Assembly: GCA_963924565.1 (NCBI GenBank)
Contig: OZ004609.1
Span: forward strand, 30,380,001-30,444,000
Source of the DNA: Ascidiella aspersa
Taxonomy: Eukaryota
Length of the DNA: 64,000 nt
Reading direction: 5' to 3'
Part shown: piece by piece, positions 36,901 through 54,136 of the stretch
How the letters are laid out: each line of letters begins with the position of its first letter
Position numbering within the stretch: position 1 is the first letter of the stretch
The notes under the pieces: generated by a model
Database searches by the model: none
Told to the model about the DNA's origin: nothing
The model's input: the letters and a program-made list of their open reading frames with translations, nothing else
Translations under genes and position numbers: made by a program

Positions 36901-39900
36901 TCCCGTTTTGCTTTTTAATTTTTTTTAGCAACAATATAGTCCTACCCACCGAAGAAAACATGATGAAATTTAATTATCAAGTTGTCAGAAACAAATAAAT
37001 TATAACCACCTGTGTGTCAAATAATGCTAAAACAATACGATAATAACCTACTAATTTGCATTGAAACGTTCGTTGAAAAATAGGCCCAAGTGCCATATCA
37101 ATATATACCCTAAAGCCTAATACATCCGTCTACCTCTTAGGTTCAAGTATCACTGGGTAAAAAGGAGCATATCCTAAAATAAGCTGATGCTTACTTATTG
37201 GACATTGATTCGGTGGAACGCACGAAGAACCGTTCCAATAGGAACCAGGGCTACACGCACACCCAGGTATACATACTGCTGGACAAGCTACGATCTGGCC
37301 AGCGTCACTGCAGTTGAAAGCACAGGATGGACACTCCTGGTAGACCTGGTTGGACGGGCAGGCTATACACAGACAAAAAGTATTTCATTGATAAAATCTA
37401 TAGTTCCCGTTCTTTAAAGGTTAAAATGTGTGTGGGGAAATATTACTTCGGACATATGTATGTAGGCCTATTAAGTTTTAGTGTGACAGCTAATATAACG
37501 GTTAATCGCGAACACAAGAAGAAAAGGCCAATTAGGTGATATAAGGTTCTCTAGAAGGAGTTTATAAACTTATTTCCACAATGCTTTCACTGTTAATCTT
37601 AAAATAGAATGATCTGCATTATGCAAACAGGTTCTCACATAAATGAGTAGAGCCACAGACAGTGCAAAGATCACTTAAAAAATTCGTCTACCTCTTGGGT
37701 TCAATTATCACTTGGCAAAAAAATTCATGCTCTCAAAACTGCTGATGCTTACTTTTTGGACATTGATTTGGTGCAACGCACAAGGAACCGTCCCAGTAGG
37801 ATCCTGGGCTGCACGCACATCCTGGTATACATACATCTGGACAAATTACGATCTGGCCCGCGTCACTGCAGTTGAAAGCACAGGATGGACACTCCTGATA
37901 AACCTGGTTGGACGGGCAACCTACACAGAAAAAAAGTATTTGTATGTACTCCAATAATCAATACTTGTCGTTCTTTAAAGTTAAATTGTGTGGGTTGCGA
38001 TATTTTATTTTGGACATGTATTCGTTTTTAGTGTCACAGCTAATATCAACACAAAATGAACAGGCCTTTTATAGGTGATTATACAAGTTTTTGCAGAAGG
38101 AGTCGCGCTGGAGCTCTGAAAAATACATTTTATTTTCACATATTATGTTTTCACAGTAAATTTTAATGTAGAATGATCTGCATGATGCAGACAGGTTTTC
38201 ACATAAATATAGACACGTACAGATAGTTAAAATATCGTTAAAAATGTAAAAGCTTGCTAGCCAAGTCTTCTCATTGAGTCCTTAGGGTCCTTCTTGCAAA
38301 CCCTTTATGCCACACTAAGCGGCCTCCACCCAGTCTAGGAACCTCTGTTATATGGTAAATCTTTAATTTAAAAAAATATTTTGTTAGGCCAAGCGATGCT
38401 TTTTTTATAGATCAAGCAATTCGCCTTACTTGGCGGGCATTGGTCGGGTGCTACGCACTTCGTTCCATCCCAAACGTGCCCTTCTACTCGGCATTTACAC
38501 CCAGGAATGCATACAAGTAAACAGGGCTTGTTAAGGTCTTTGCAATCGTTGCAGCCAACGCATTCGCTGTAGATTTGGTCTTCCGGACAATCTATTTAAA
38601 AAAATGATTTTTAATATAATCAAAATGAAAAATAATTAAAAGATAAAAAAATGTTTGTTTTTAGTCGAATAAAAGCTGTTTCAGCTAAGGCTGTGTATTC
38701 TAAATACATAAAATCATAGTAAACGTATAGTTTTTATTTGTTTTATCTTTAGTTATATTCACAAGTGCTTAACTATTTTGTTTTATTAAATATATTTATT
38801 ATGATGTTTGGGGAATATCCCGAACTAATGTCAACCTACGCATCTGTGGCAGCACTATTTAAAAACGGTTTAGTTAAGGCTAATCTGGTTAATCCAGTTT
38901 CATGTTGGTGAAATACACTTGTGCAAATAAAAGGGTACAATTGTATGAACCTAAAAAACTTTAACTTTAAAAAATGTTCATGTATTTTTTTCACGTTCAA
39001 GCAAATAGCGTACACTAAATAAACAGCGTAACCAGTTGGCACTATAGAAAGAAAAATTGTATTGAATTCTCACAATCTTTTGCACTTCGTCTGGTCAAAG
39101 TAACAATGAATCATGTTTCATTTCTACTTTGACCTGATGGAGCACGGTTGTGCGAAAGCTTGTCGAAAATTCAATACAATTTTTCTTTTTAATTGCCACC
39201 TGATTACACCGTTCAGAATTAGAAAAATACGTCCATTTACTAACATTAAAAAAATAGCGTAGACTGCTATGTAAAACGCTTTATATGTGATAGTTATGTA
39301 TTCCCTTACAGTTTGCACATTGTTTCGGCGCGACACAGTAAGATCCGTTCCAGTAGGTTCCAGAAGTGCAAGCACAGCCAGGAATGCACGCACGACAAAT
39401 CACTTTCGAATCCAAGTCATTGCAGTTGAAACGGCAAGGCGGGCAGGTTTGGAAGACTTGGTTCGCCAGACAAGCTGAATGAACGAGATGATAAAACGTC
39501 AAATTGTTTTGTTTGGGCGGGATAACTGCAAATCACCGGATATAATATTTTGTGTCGAAATTTATGAACATAACTATCTTTAAACGAACGAAAAAGGGAA
39601 ATATTAACTCCATGCGCCGTAGTTTGGTGACTCCTGGTTTAAAGGTGAAACGTAGTATACACGGATTCTTGCATGTCGAGGATTGTTTTCTTCTTAAAAT
39701 ATTATACATATAAATAGCAAAGCCAAATCGGATGAGTAAACGACATCATCGTTATGAAGACTTTTCGATAACTATAATTGTATCATCATTAGTTATAACA
39801 ACTGGAATCCATTTAATCCCCGCTTATGACCGGAATTTTGGGTACACTTTACTGTAGCCTATAGGTTAAATATAATAATATCACAGCAGAAAAGGTCGAG

Positions 39901-42900
39901 TAAATACACATGTATACTCGACCTATTTGGCTTTGTTGTTTATGCTCAAGCTACATCACAGGTCGGTGAGTAGTATGCCGAAATGTCATAATTGATTTAA
40001 TAATAATCAAAGTATTCTTTCGAATAACAAAATCTACCTGAATCCGTATGGTGAAAACAAACGATTCTGGTTGCACATCAATGATAAAGATCAAACTAAG
40101 TACAAAGCTTAGTAAACCGAAAATCAGTTTGTTTGTATGTTACAAAAAGATAAATATATTTCGCTATAAAGCATCATCAGTATCTTAATTCGAATGAATC
40201 CATTCGTATGAATTTCAAAACACTTCGACGGTTGTTTCTCCTCGTAACGATAGCACATAGTCTTACTTGGAGGGCATTGGTCGGTTGCTACGCACTTCGT
40301 TCCGTCCCAAACGTGTCCTTCTACTCGGCATTTGCACCCAGGATTGCATATAAGTAAACAGGGCTTGTTAACGTCTTTGCAATAGTTGCAGCCAACGCAT
40401 TCGCTGTAGATTTGGTCTTCCGAACAAACTTTAAAAAGCAGGTTTAGATATTGCAACGATATGCATCTAGTGGTTTAACAAATTATTAAAAGTTAAGTAA
40501 GGTATCAGAACGCTCTTTCTAGCTGATAAATTCTTTATATACATATATATACAAAAACACAAAGTGTACGCCTTCCACGGTTAAATTTCACGTTTCTCAA
40601 CCCAATGGTCGCCTACTCCAGTAGCTCACATGTAAACATTTATTGAGATGGGTGTTTAGCAAAACTCATACCAAATTTAAAAACCTGTAGCTATAGAAAG
40701 ACATGCTGACATCATTTTTATTGAAATGATATTGTTTCTATGTTTTTCTCAGTTAAGATCCAAAAAGGTTAAGAAAATTGCATGGGTCATCAAAGATTTG
40801 TGTTATACTCATGCTAAGTATTTCGGGTAGCAGCGAAAAATGTTAAAAAGGCACTAGAAGTAGATATTCGCACAATCGACAAGTAACATTTAACAGTTTT
40901 ACCTTTGGGACATTGATTCGGTGCAACGCATAAAGAACCATTCCAGTAGGAACCAGGGCTACACGCACATCCCGGTTGGCAAATTAACGGACAAGCTACG
41001 TTCTGGTCCGCGACACTGCAGTTGAAAGCACAGGATGGACAATCCTGGTAGACCTGATTGGACGGGCAGACTGTATAGATAAGAAGAAACAAATGCTAGG
41101 TTATTTTAGTTACTCAAATATTCTATAATTCTCTAATGGTTGCATAGTAGGTTGCGATATTTTAATTGTATTCCATTTTAATGTAACAATTATACCGGTT
41201 AATCGCAAAACCGCTGTAAGAAATATATTTATTTCGACAATGCGTTCACTGTTATTTATAATGTAGAATGATATGCGTTATGCAAAACGTTTTTTAGATT
41301 AGCATAAGAGAGAAACAATTATTTGATTAGAAGATATTTACACAGTTTTGCCAAGTAAGACTTTAACACTCTTACAGTTTGGGCATTGCGATTGATTGAC
41401 ACATTTCATGCCGTCCCAGAACTGTCCACTGCTGACTGGGCATCTGCATCCCGGCTTGCAAATTCTCGAGCATGGCTTGCCAATATTGCTGCAGTTTTGG
41501 CAACCAGCGCATTCGGAGAACTCCTGGCCAGCTGGACATTCTGAATTAAGCATTAGAGCATGCTGTAAAGTTTTTACCGTTCTGCCGAAAAATAAGTGTT
41601 GTCTACGGCTCTACGCTATCCGCTCCGACTCTACTTCAACTATAGATTGACTCGGTATTTAGCATTTTAGCGCGATTGGACGTGACACATATGGTTAGCT
41701 TGCACTTAGTTTGAATCTGAATGAATCAAAATAGTTAGTTAGCGCGTTACGGTGTGAAGTTATTGTGTGACGTCAATTGTAGCCTAAATGTCCTCGTCCC
41801 TCCAACAATCCGGATTTCCGTTTGAAATAAGCTATAAATCTAAGCGGTAAATTTTACTGGCTTTGCGACAAAATGGCAATTTTTTAGACAGGCGGTGATT
41901 TAATATCAGTGTCGTAAACAAGTCATTTCAAAATGACTTAAGCCCCAGTCAAGTATTTTGTAAAGTAACTTAAATCCAAGTCAAATCTTTTGAATAAATC
42001 ACAAGTCAAGTCATAATTATAGCAGGTCAATTCAAAGTTCAGTACTTGTTATAAAAATTAAACGTCCACTAAAATGGGTATACTCTCTCGATTATTAGCA
42101 ATATCTCACCTAAAAAATAGAAAAACCCAACACAGAGCAATATGTTGAACAATTAAGATAAATAACAAGTCTAGTAATATGTACAAAAGGCTTAAAGCTA
42201 CTGAAATAATTTGTCCGAAAGACTCAATTCAAATTATTTACAAACAGGGACTGGAATTAAATAATCAAAAGGAAAACTAATCTTACTTATGGGGCATTGC
42301 TGTGGGTAGACACAGGCCGTTCCATTCCAAAACTGACCCCTGACCCGGCATTTGCACCCGGGCTTGCAGATTTTCGGACAGGGCTTTCCGACGTCATCAC
42401 AGTTGTTGCATCCGACGCACCGCGTATAAAACTGACCGGTTGGACAGACTGTAAGCAAATCAAAACTTTCATGTGCATAAAACCGCAGTCGGTGTCGCCA
42501 TATTTCATGGGCTAATGTTGGAGTTGGCAGCGAGTGGTTTTGTAAACAAATAAAAAGCTTTACAAAACATCATAGAAAGTTTCCTTTAATAATTTCTGCA
42601 AAAGGTAAGCAAACTTGAGTTTGCAATTTGTAATAAGTTTTAAAGTATGTTAATGAAACAACCACCAACTAAACGTAATTTAACAAATCGGTTTAGGTCA
42701 TAGTAGAGACAATCGAGTCTGCCCCAACAAAATTAAGTTGGATAGCCTCTATATACCAAATAGACTCGATTCTAGTGGTTGGGGAACCACGGCTGAACGC
42801 TATCATATGACCAGAAGTAATTAAACCTTTATATACTTTTGCAAAATTACCGTTGGGGCACCAATTGGCGTACACACAGTCTTTGCCATTCCAGTATTGA

Positions 42901-45517
42901 TTCCTTCGACACCTGCAGCCGGTTTTGCAGTCCTTGGTGCAAGTCTTGTTGGTGCCCAAGTCTTTGCAATCGGTTACGCATGGCAGACAGTAGCTTAAGT
43001 ACTGACCGTCCGGGCAATCTGACAATTGGTAAACAAACAGTGATTGTTTTAGGATTTTAAAGCACTGCGTAAAAAAGTAAACATCTTGGAAAGACGCAAG
43101 TCTGTCAAAAACTTATACAACTAAATTTTCCCGATTGAGTTGTATGTTTTTAAGACAGGCTTGTGTCATTCAAAGTTAAACAATCATGCTGTGTCCGCCT
43201 GTGTGAGCTGACATAGGCTAGCTAACCTAATCGTATGGTAATTAATCGTTAATGTAAATCACAAAGGGCAATTCGGGTCAGTAACAATGGCCCTGTCAGT
43301 ATTTTTTATCAATTGTTGCTCTGCCCACTACTGGAACTTACTTCTTCGCAGTTTGTATAGTAAGTTTTGTTTACAATATTGGGAATGGAAGATATTGGGA
43401 AACTTACCCTGAAGAAACTAAAACGGGCCTATTTCCCTTTTGTCGTTCCAGTATTGTGCCACATTCCCAACTATAAGTCAGCAGATAAAAATGATGGGAT
43501 ACTGAAACCTTCACCAATTAATGTTTCCTCAAAAAAAGTTCTGGCCTATTGCAAAAGTAATATTAAGTATAATTATAAAATGTGTACCTTTTGGACATTG
43601 GTCTTTTGTCACACATTTCTCGATGTCGTCATTCCAGTAAGTGTCTTTGGCGCAAGCACACCCGGGTCTGCATTCTTTGGTACAGGTTTTGTTATAGGCG
43701 ATGTCGTCGCAGTGCAAATGGCAGGGACGACACTCGTGAAAAGCCAGGTAATCCGGACAACCTTTGTACGAAGAAAATCGACCATTTTCACAAAAGCGCT
43801 TTAAGAAGCAGATTGATTTAAAAGCGGCAATGTATCCTGACGATTAATTTATTTCCAATTTGGAATTACACTTTTCCAAGAAAATTATGTGAGATGAGTA
43901 GTTTTATCGTAACGAACATACGGATTTACGCTGGACCATCTTTGGGGATCCTTTTTTTTAATCGCTGAAAAAATCTAGGACTATAGCCAAGGGGTTCTTA
44001 AACTCGGGGCGCCGTGAAGGACTCTCCTAAAAAAAATGTTTTTATTTATTTAATATCAAGTTTGGCTAACACGATAAATTCTTTTTAAATACTTTTTAGT
44101 CGTGACTAACACAGATTATTTTTTAGTTTATTCCAATCATTAATCACCTCAGTAGCCAAATTCTCGTTTTCAGTTGACCTGAATATGACAGAATATACTT
44201 ACTTTGAACACTGTACAGTGTTGTCAGAGGGAATTGTATTAGACCATTCCTCGAAACTATATACTTTTGCTAATTCACTAAATCAATCCAAACGATTTTC
44301 GCGCATCGCGAGGACGAGTTTATTTGTTGTAGTCCTTTTTACTGTTAATACTTTTATATAGGATGTATTTCCAGTTAAAAGGCGCCCACGCGTTTTATTT
44401 TCCAAATGCTATTAAGACTCTTTAAAGTCCTCTTGCCCTTAGGGTAATGACAACGCATAGGGTAATGACGTCATTTGTATTGGATCGGTCGGCTGCACTT
44501 TTCGCCAAGGCATCAGACATTTCAAGGCGTCAGTTTTAAAATGTTAGACAACCATAAAAGCGTAACGCGCGTCTCCCGGACTCACGTTTGCACTGATCCT
44601 TGGTCACGCATTCGTCTCCGTTCCGGTATTTGTCGGCAGGACACGCGCATCCTGGCCTGCATTCCTTGGTGCACGTCCTGTTGCTCAGCACGTCCTCGCA
44701 CTCCAAGTGACAAGGAACGCATTGGTGGTAAATCAGGCCGTCGTCGCAACCTTTAAAAGATTTTGTATACGTTATAGGCGCGAAAAAGTCAAAGTTATCG
44801 TGGTCGAAAATATAGTGTATAGTGTTTCAGCCCAGGTGCACAAATGCACCGCCTTACTAAGTCATTTACGCAGTTAGAATTTCTTCTCGGGTATTTTCAG
44901 AAGCAGCTATAGCTTTTAAGATTCGCCGATAAACCTTACCAAAGCAAAAAACAGTCAAAACGCAGAAAGACATGAAGCTGTATAAAATAAATATGAACTT
45001 TGCTCGTATTTTGTTGAAATTATATGCTAATTTAATACTAATTTACAAGGTTCGAAATTCATTTAGGATATGCCTTAAAATATGCCTGTATGACATTTTC
45101 TTTGTATGAATTTTTTAGGGGGAACACTGGTCCAGGCGAATTGCGGAGCTGTGCTTATTTTCACGCTTTGAAAAACTTATTGGGAGTTTTTAATGTAAGA
45201 AAAAAAATTAAGCCAAGATGAAACAATTTGTTTTTCTCAAAATTTTTGACACTTACCCCCGACCTCGTTCTATTAGAAAGTTATGTCGGCACTATTATGC
45301 CTATATATGGACCTGCTGGTCTGTCTTTCCTATCGCAAACCGGTGGTATACTCTTTGTTGCAAAAGCAAGAAAGGTAATGCAGATAGAAAACGTATCAAA
45401 TCGTCTACGCCACAAACAAAACATTTAAAAACATTACTTACGGCGGCCGTAATAGGTTGCGTAGGCTGTCGAACAAGCAGTAGCCAACACGAGAAACAAT
45501 AGAGTCGAGAAGTTCAT
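33972..45517 (-). CDS. Secreted multi-TIL-domain protein B (signal peptide + 15 TIL domains; putative serine-protease inhibitor)
   Basis: Exons: 45517-45442 (MNFSTLLFLVLATACSTAYA-TYYGR), 44750-44586, 43761-43588, 43018-42851, 42448-42287, 41540-41376, 41070-40903, 40428-40267, 39474-39310, 38591-38430, 37920-37753, 37362-37195, 36732-36574, 35992-35825, 35154-34981, 34150-33972 (...CKDDYY TAG). Every internal exon is 159-174 nt, phase 1-1, and encodes one 10-Cys TIL domain. Confidence 0.88.
34177..34457. mobile_element. hAT (Charlie-like) MITE
   Basis: TAGTGATTTCCAAA...GTGTGCCG repeats...AAGTTTGACAACCACTG. Confidence 0.75.
36170..36501. mobile_element. GACTTAAGTC-family MITE
   Basis: Clusters of gacttaagtc/caagtca at both ends, terminating in AATACTG. 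Confidence 0.65.
39024..39211. mobile_element. Foldback/hairpin MITE
   Basis: ~80-bp imperfect inverted arms (CAGCGTAACCAGTTGGCAC...AAAGAAAAATTGTATTGAATT...GGTCAAAGTA and its reverse complement) around a ~22-nt spacer. Confidence 0.75.
41907..42240. mobile_element. GACTTAAGTC-family MITE
   Basis: Starts CAGTGTCG, then caagtca/gacttaag repeats collinear with the 36170 copy. Confidence 0.6.
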
Positions 45518-45583
45518 CTTCACACAATTCCAATCCTGGTCTCGAACAGTTGATTTGTGATTGATTATCCTGGCTCCTTCTCG

Positions 45584-45594
45584 CTTTATATATC
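45584..45594 (-). promoter_or_regulatory. TATA box of TIL gene B
   Basis: GATATATAAAG on the minus strand ~70 nt upstream of the ATG at 45517. Confidence 0.6.
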
Positions 45595-48334
45595 CATCGC
45601 GAGGTACATTTCCAGTTCTAAAAAGCCACACGCCAAATTTGGCAGCAGAATTCACCTGATTTTCCTCGAAGTTTACTGGAGGCTGATTTCATTTTGCGGT
45701 GGATGTCGCCGCAAAAAAGCCGTTCCAGCGACTGTTTTACTTTTGCAATTTCACAGATATAGCGATTTTGTAAGTACCTCGCAGCAATTCAATTGTTGAT
45801 CTCAAAAATGACAGGCTGTATTTCCAGTGCAACAACATACGATTAATTTCCAAAACGGGTGGCGTTTTGGATAACCACCAGCCACTTGTTTGAGTCTGTC
45901 ACTTTATTTTCATTTGCACTCTGTGGCCAGCAGCGAAATATGCTAATTGTAGAGTGACGAGCGGAGATAATTTAATTAATTTTAGGTATTTACGCTTTCT
46001 TTGCCAAATTTACTTATTGGAATGTATATGGTGCCAAAACAGCAAAATGGTTTTCGTGAATACTGTGTCATATTTGAAAATAAATAAAATCAAATCAAAT
46101 CGTACACTACCAAACGTTGGACCTAGGTAAAAGAAGTAAAATTGTGAGTTCGACTTTTCAAAAATAATTTCTGATTTGTTAAAACACTAATTGAATAATT
46201 ATTCCACAGTTTAAAAATGCTTAAGGAAATACGTTAACCGAATGCACTTATAGGTCAATGCTTTCAAATGACTCCACACGGCAAAAAAATGTATGTGTAA
46301 AAAGAATGTGTTGCAAAATTTAGTTAGAAATTGTCATTTCTCCTATTGTACAAGCAAAAAAGTTAACAGAAAAAAGAAAATAATGGCCTGTTTGAAACAA
46401 TGGTTTTAATTCATAGATCATTTTCACGATTTAAGTTTCCCGAATATTGCAAAGCCCAATTATTTTCGTATTTATTTACATTTATTTCAAAGAAAATGTC
46501 TTTGGCAGAAGGTTTAAAGGAAATAGCTTTCATGCTTATACGTGGGAGTCGCGGTGCATGCGACATAAAGTGGTAGTTTCCATGAGAAATGGCTGGAAAA
46601 CGAGCGATTAGAAAGCGATATACTGGCGCCCGCTGCGCCAGAACCGCGAATGGAAAACACCTGCTTGAAATAGAGGATTGCATCGCGCACGCCTGTTGCA
46701 CAACCTAATTTTATCTATAGCTGTATCTTCTTACGGTTTTAATTCACATTCCTTTAATAGCTATTACGTGTCACATTTCCAACTACACTGTGTTAACGAC
46801 TTTGATCTCTAAAGCCACTCAGCAACAGTCACATATATTTGTGAGTTTTGTTTATGCCTGATTTAGCAGCTATTTATTCCAAATTTCTTAAGATTGGCGA
46901 TCTGCTTTTTTATTGCCAGTCCTGTAACTTTTATTGTTTTTCTTAAACCTAAAGCGCCTAGGATAGAATAAGAAGTTAAAACCCACGTTTCGTGACAATC
47001 GTCATATTTGTTCAAAGGCTACTGGTTCAAGTGGCTGTTATTTAAAACTATTTTTGTTTTACTTTTGTGTGAGCTGTGGGTATTATATTTAATGATTTTT
47101 TTTTGTATTACCGGGAAAGTACGATAACCATTTTAGAGTCGGAATTGAACTGCCCACTTAAAAATGTATAATTGCATAGATATCAGTTGAAGAACAAAAG
47201 ATCTCTTATTTTTATTTCTTGGGGAACTTTTTAATTTGCGCTTATTTTTGTTTTTCAAAGTTTCTTTCGAATTCTCTTTCAACGCAAGGTTGATACGAGT
47301 TAAGGAGAATTTGATGCGTATTTAAAGCGAAGGATTTTGCATGCCTGCGGCGAAATTGGCCAAATGACATCTCCAGGATGCATAATAACCAAAGCTATTT
47401 TAATTTGTGTAATCTAACTCTACTTAAAATTGCAGCACGTGGACACGAAATATCGGCAATTAGAATCGCCAGAAGTTAGAAGAAAGAAAGGGCCTAAAAA
47501 AATATGAAAATTAGAGTTCTACTATTGTCACTACTTTGGCAAAATATAGGCTTGTTGCAAGAATTAAAAAAATATATAATACATGTGCTTCTTGTGAAAT
47601 ACCGGAAAAGACAGCCTGACGAAACCATCGCAGCATTAAATTGCATATTGGTAAAATGTTTACTTAAAATATCAAACCCTAAGAAACCAGCGAAACAACG
47701 ACTTTACGTAATAAAATAAGTATATAATGGATCTATTCAGTGTGTTTAATAGAAACATAGCACAGACAGTGCAAACCCAGTCAAAAATTTAGACAGATTA
47801 TCTGTGGCCCATATGTCATTTATCATTGGCTTATCTCAGGTAGGGCCCTGTGTTGATAAAACCATCATATACCATATCTTGCAAGTTGGGCCCTTGTATG
47901 GCCATTCCTTTATATTTGAAGTATCATGTTGCCCTCCATACCACCTAGTTAACATGTAGAAAAAAAGTTTCTTCACAAAATTTTCTTGAACATTTGAAAT
48001 ATAATTAAGAGGCGTTTAAATGTAAATTGGTTAATTATGTGAAAGTTGATAAAGTAGTCTGCTGGGGCAGCTCACACTTTACAGAGTGTATAGTAGGTAT
48101 TTCTCTACATTCAGGTGGTCAATGTAGCTAAATACGGAAAAATGATACTTATATCATTAAAAAAATAGATTAAGTGATAGACATTAAATAATGTTTATCC
48201 GTCACAGCAAAGCAGTCGTGATAAAGATATATTTGTGAAAGCCAAACTTGGTCTGTATTTTCTCAGCAAGTCTTCGCACTCCGCTTACTATATAAGCTTT
48301 AAAGGATATTGTTAACATCCCCGCTCCACTCTTT

Positions 48335-48348
48335 CCACTAGAGGGCGC
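48335..48348 (+). promoter_or_regulatory. CTCF-like motif
   Basis: CCACTAGAGGGCGC closely matches the CTCF core consensus. A palindromic CRE (TGACGTCA) follows at 48364-48371. Confidence 0.55.
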
Positions 48349-48499
48349 AAACAGTTAGAGTTGTGACGTCATAGTATAAGCACACAGGGGTTTGTTTACA
48401 TTTAAAAGCATCTTTGTATAAAAAATATTGTGTAAATAGGTCTTACGTCTGTCGGAATAACACGTTATTGGAAACCACTAGGCATTCGAATCACCACTG

Positions 48500-48505
48500 T
48501 TTATT
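48500..48505 (-). terminator. Alpha-tubulin polyadenylation signal
   Basis: AATAAA on the minus strand ~95 nt after the TAA stop. Confidence 0.7.
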
Positions 48506-48600
48506 CACATTAGTGAGATTGCGACAACAACAAACACCAAAATGCGAACAAACAACAGGTTCGGGTTGAGATCAGCGATGAAGATCGAAAGAGGAGGAGT

Positions 48601-53958
<5,358 letters not shown>

Positions 53959-54072
53959 TTTGCAGTTGGTGAGGTTGGGACGAGTTGTAAAACAAGTAGA
54001 ACAGGGCAGTTGAAGACGGGGGCAAGCTTCTGAACAAGCCTAACGACAGTTACGTGCCTTTGCTGGTTCGGA

Positions 54073-54136
54073 AAGTGATAAAAACCGCGGCGGGGTGAGG
54101 CGCTATATATATTCCAGGCTGCCCGTTTGCCATTGG
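54073..54136 (-). promoter_or_regulatory. Alpha-tubulin core promoter (CCAAT, TATA, Inr)
   Basis: Minus strand: CCAAT at ~54136-54132, TATATATA at ~54112-54105, TCACTT initiator at 54078-54073 about 30 nt downstream of TATA, within a CpG-rich block (54050-54490). Confidence 0.75.

Noticed and set aside
25381-44750. Vanabin, metallothionein or zonadhesin identity for the Cys-rich exons
   Set aside because: The 10-Cys spacing with CxPGCxC...W/YxGxxCV...C is TIL-type, and no vWD, MAM or mucin domains are present.
45257-45360. Possible extra exon in TIL gene B intron 1 (donor GGGG|GTAAGT at ~45257)
   Set aside because: The longer candidates contain stops and the 13-nt candidate breaks the phase-1 chain. 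Exon 1 joins 44750 in frame without it.
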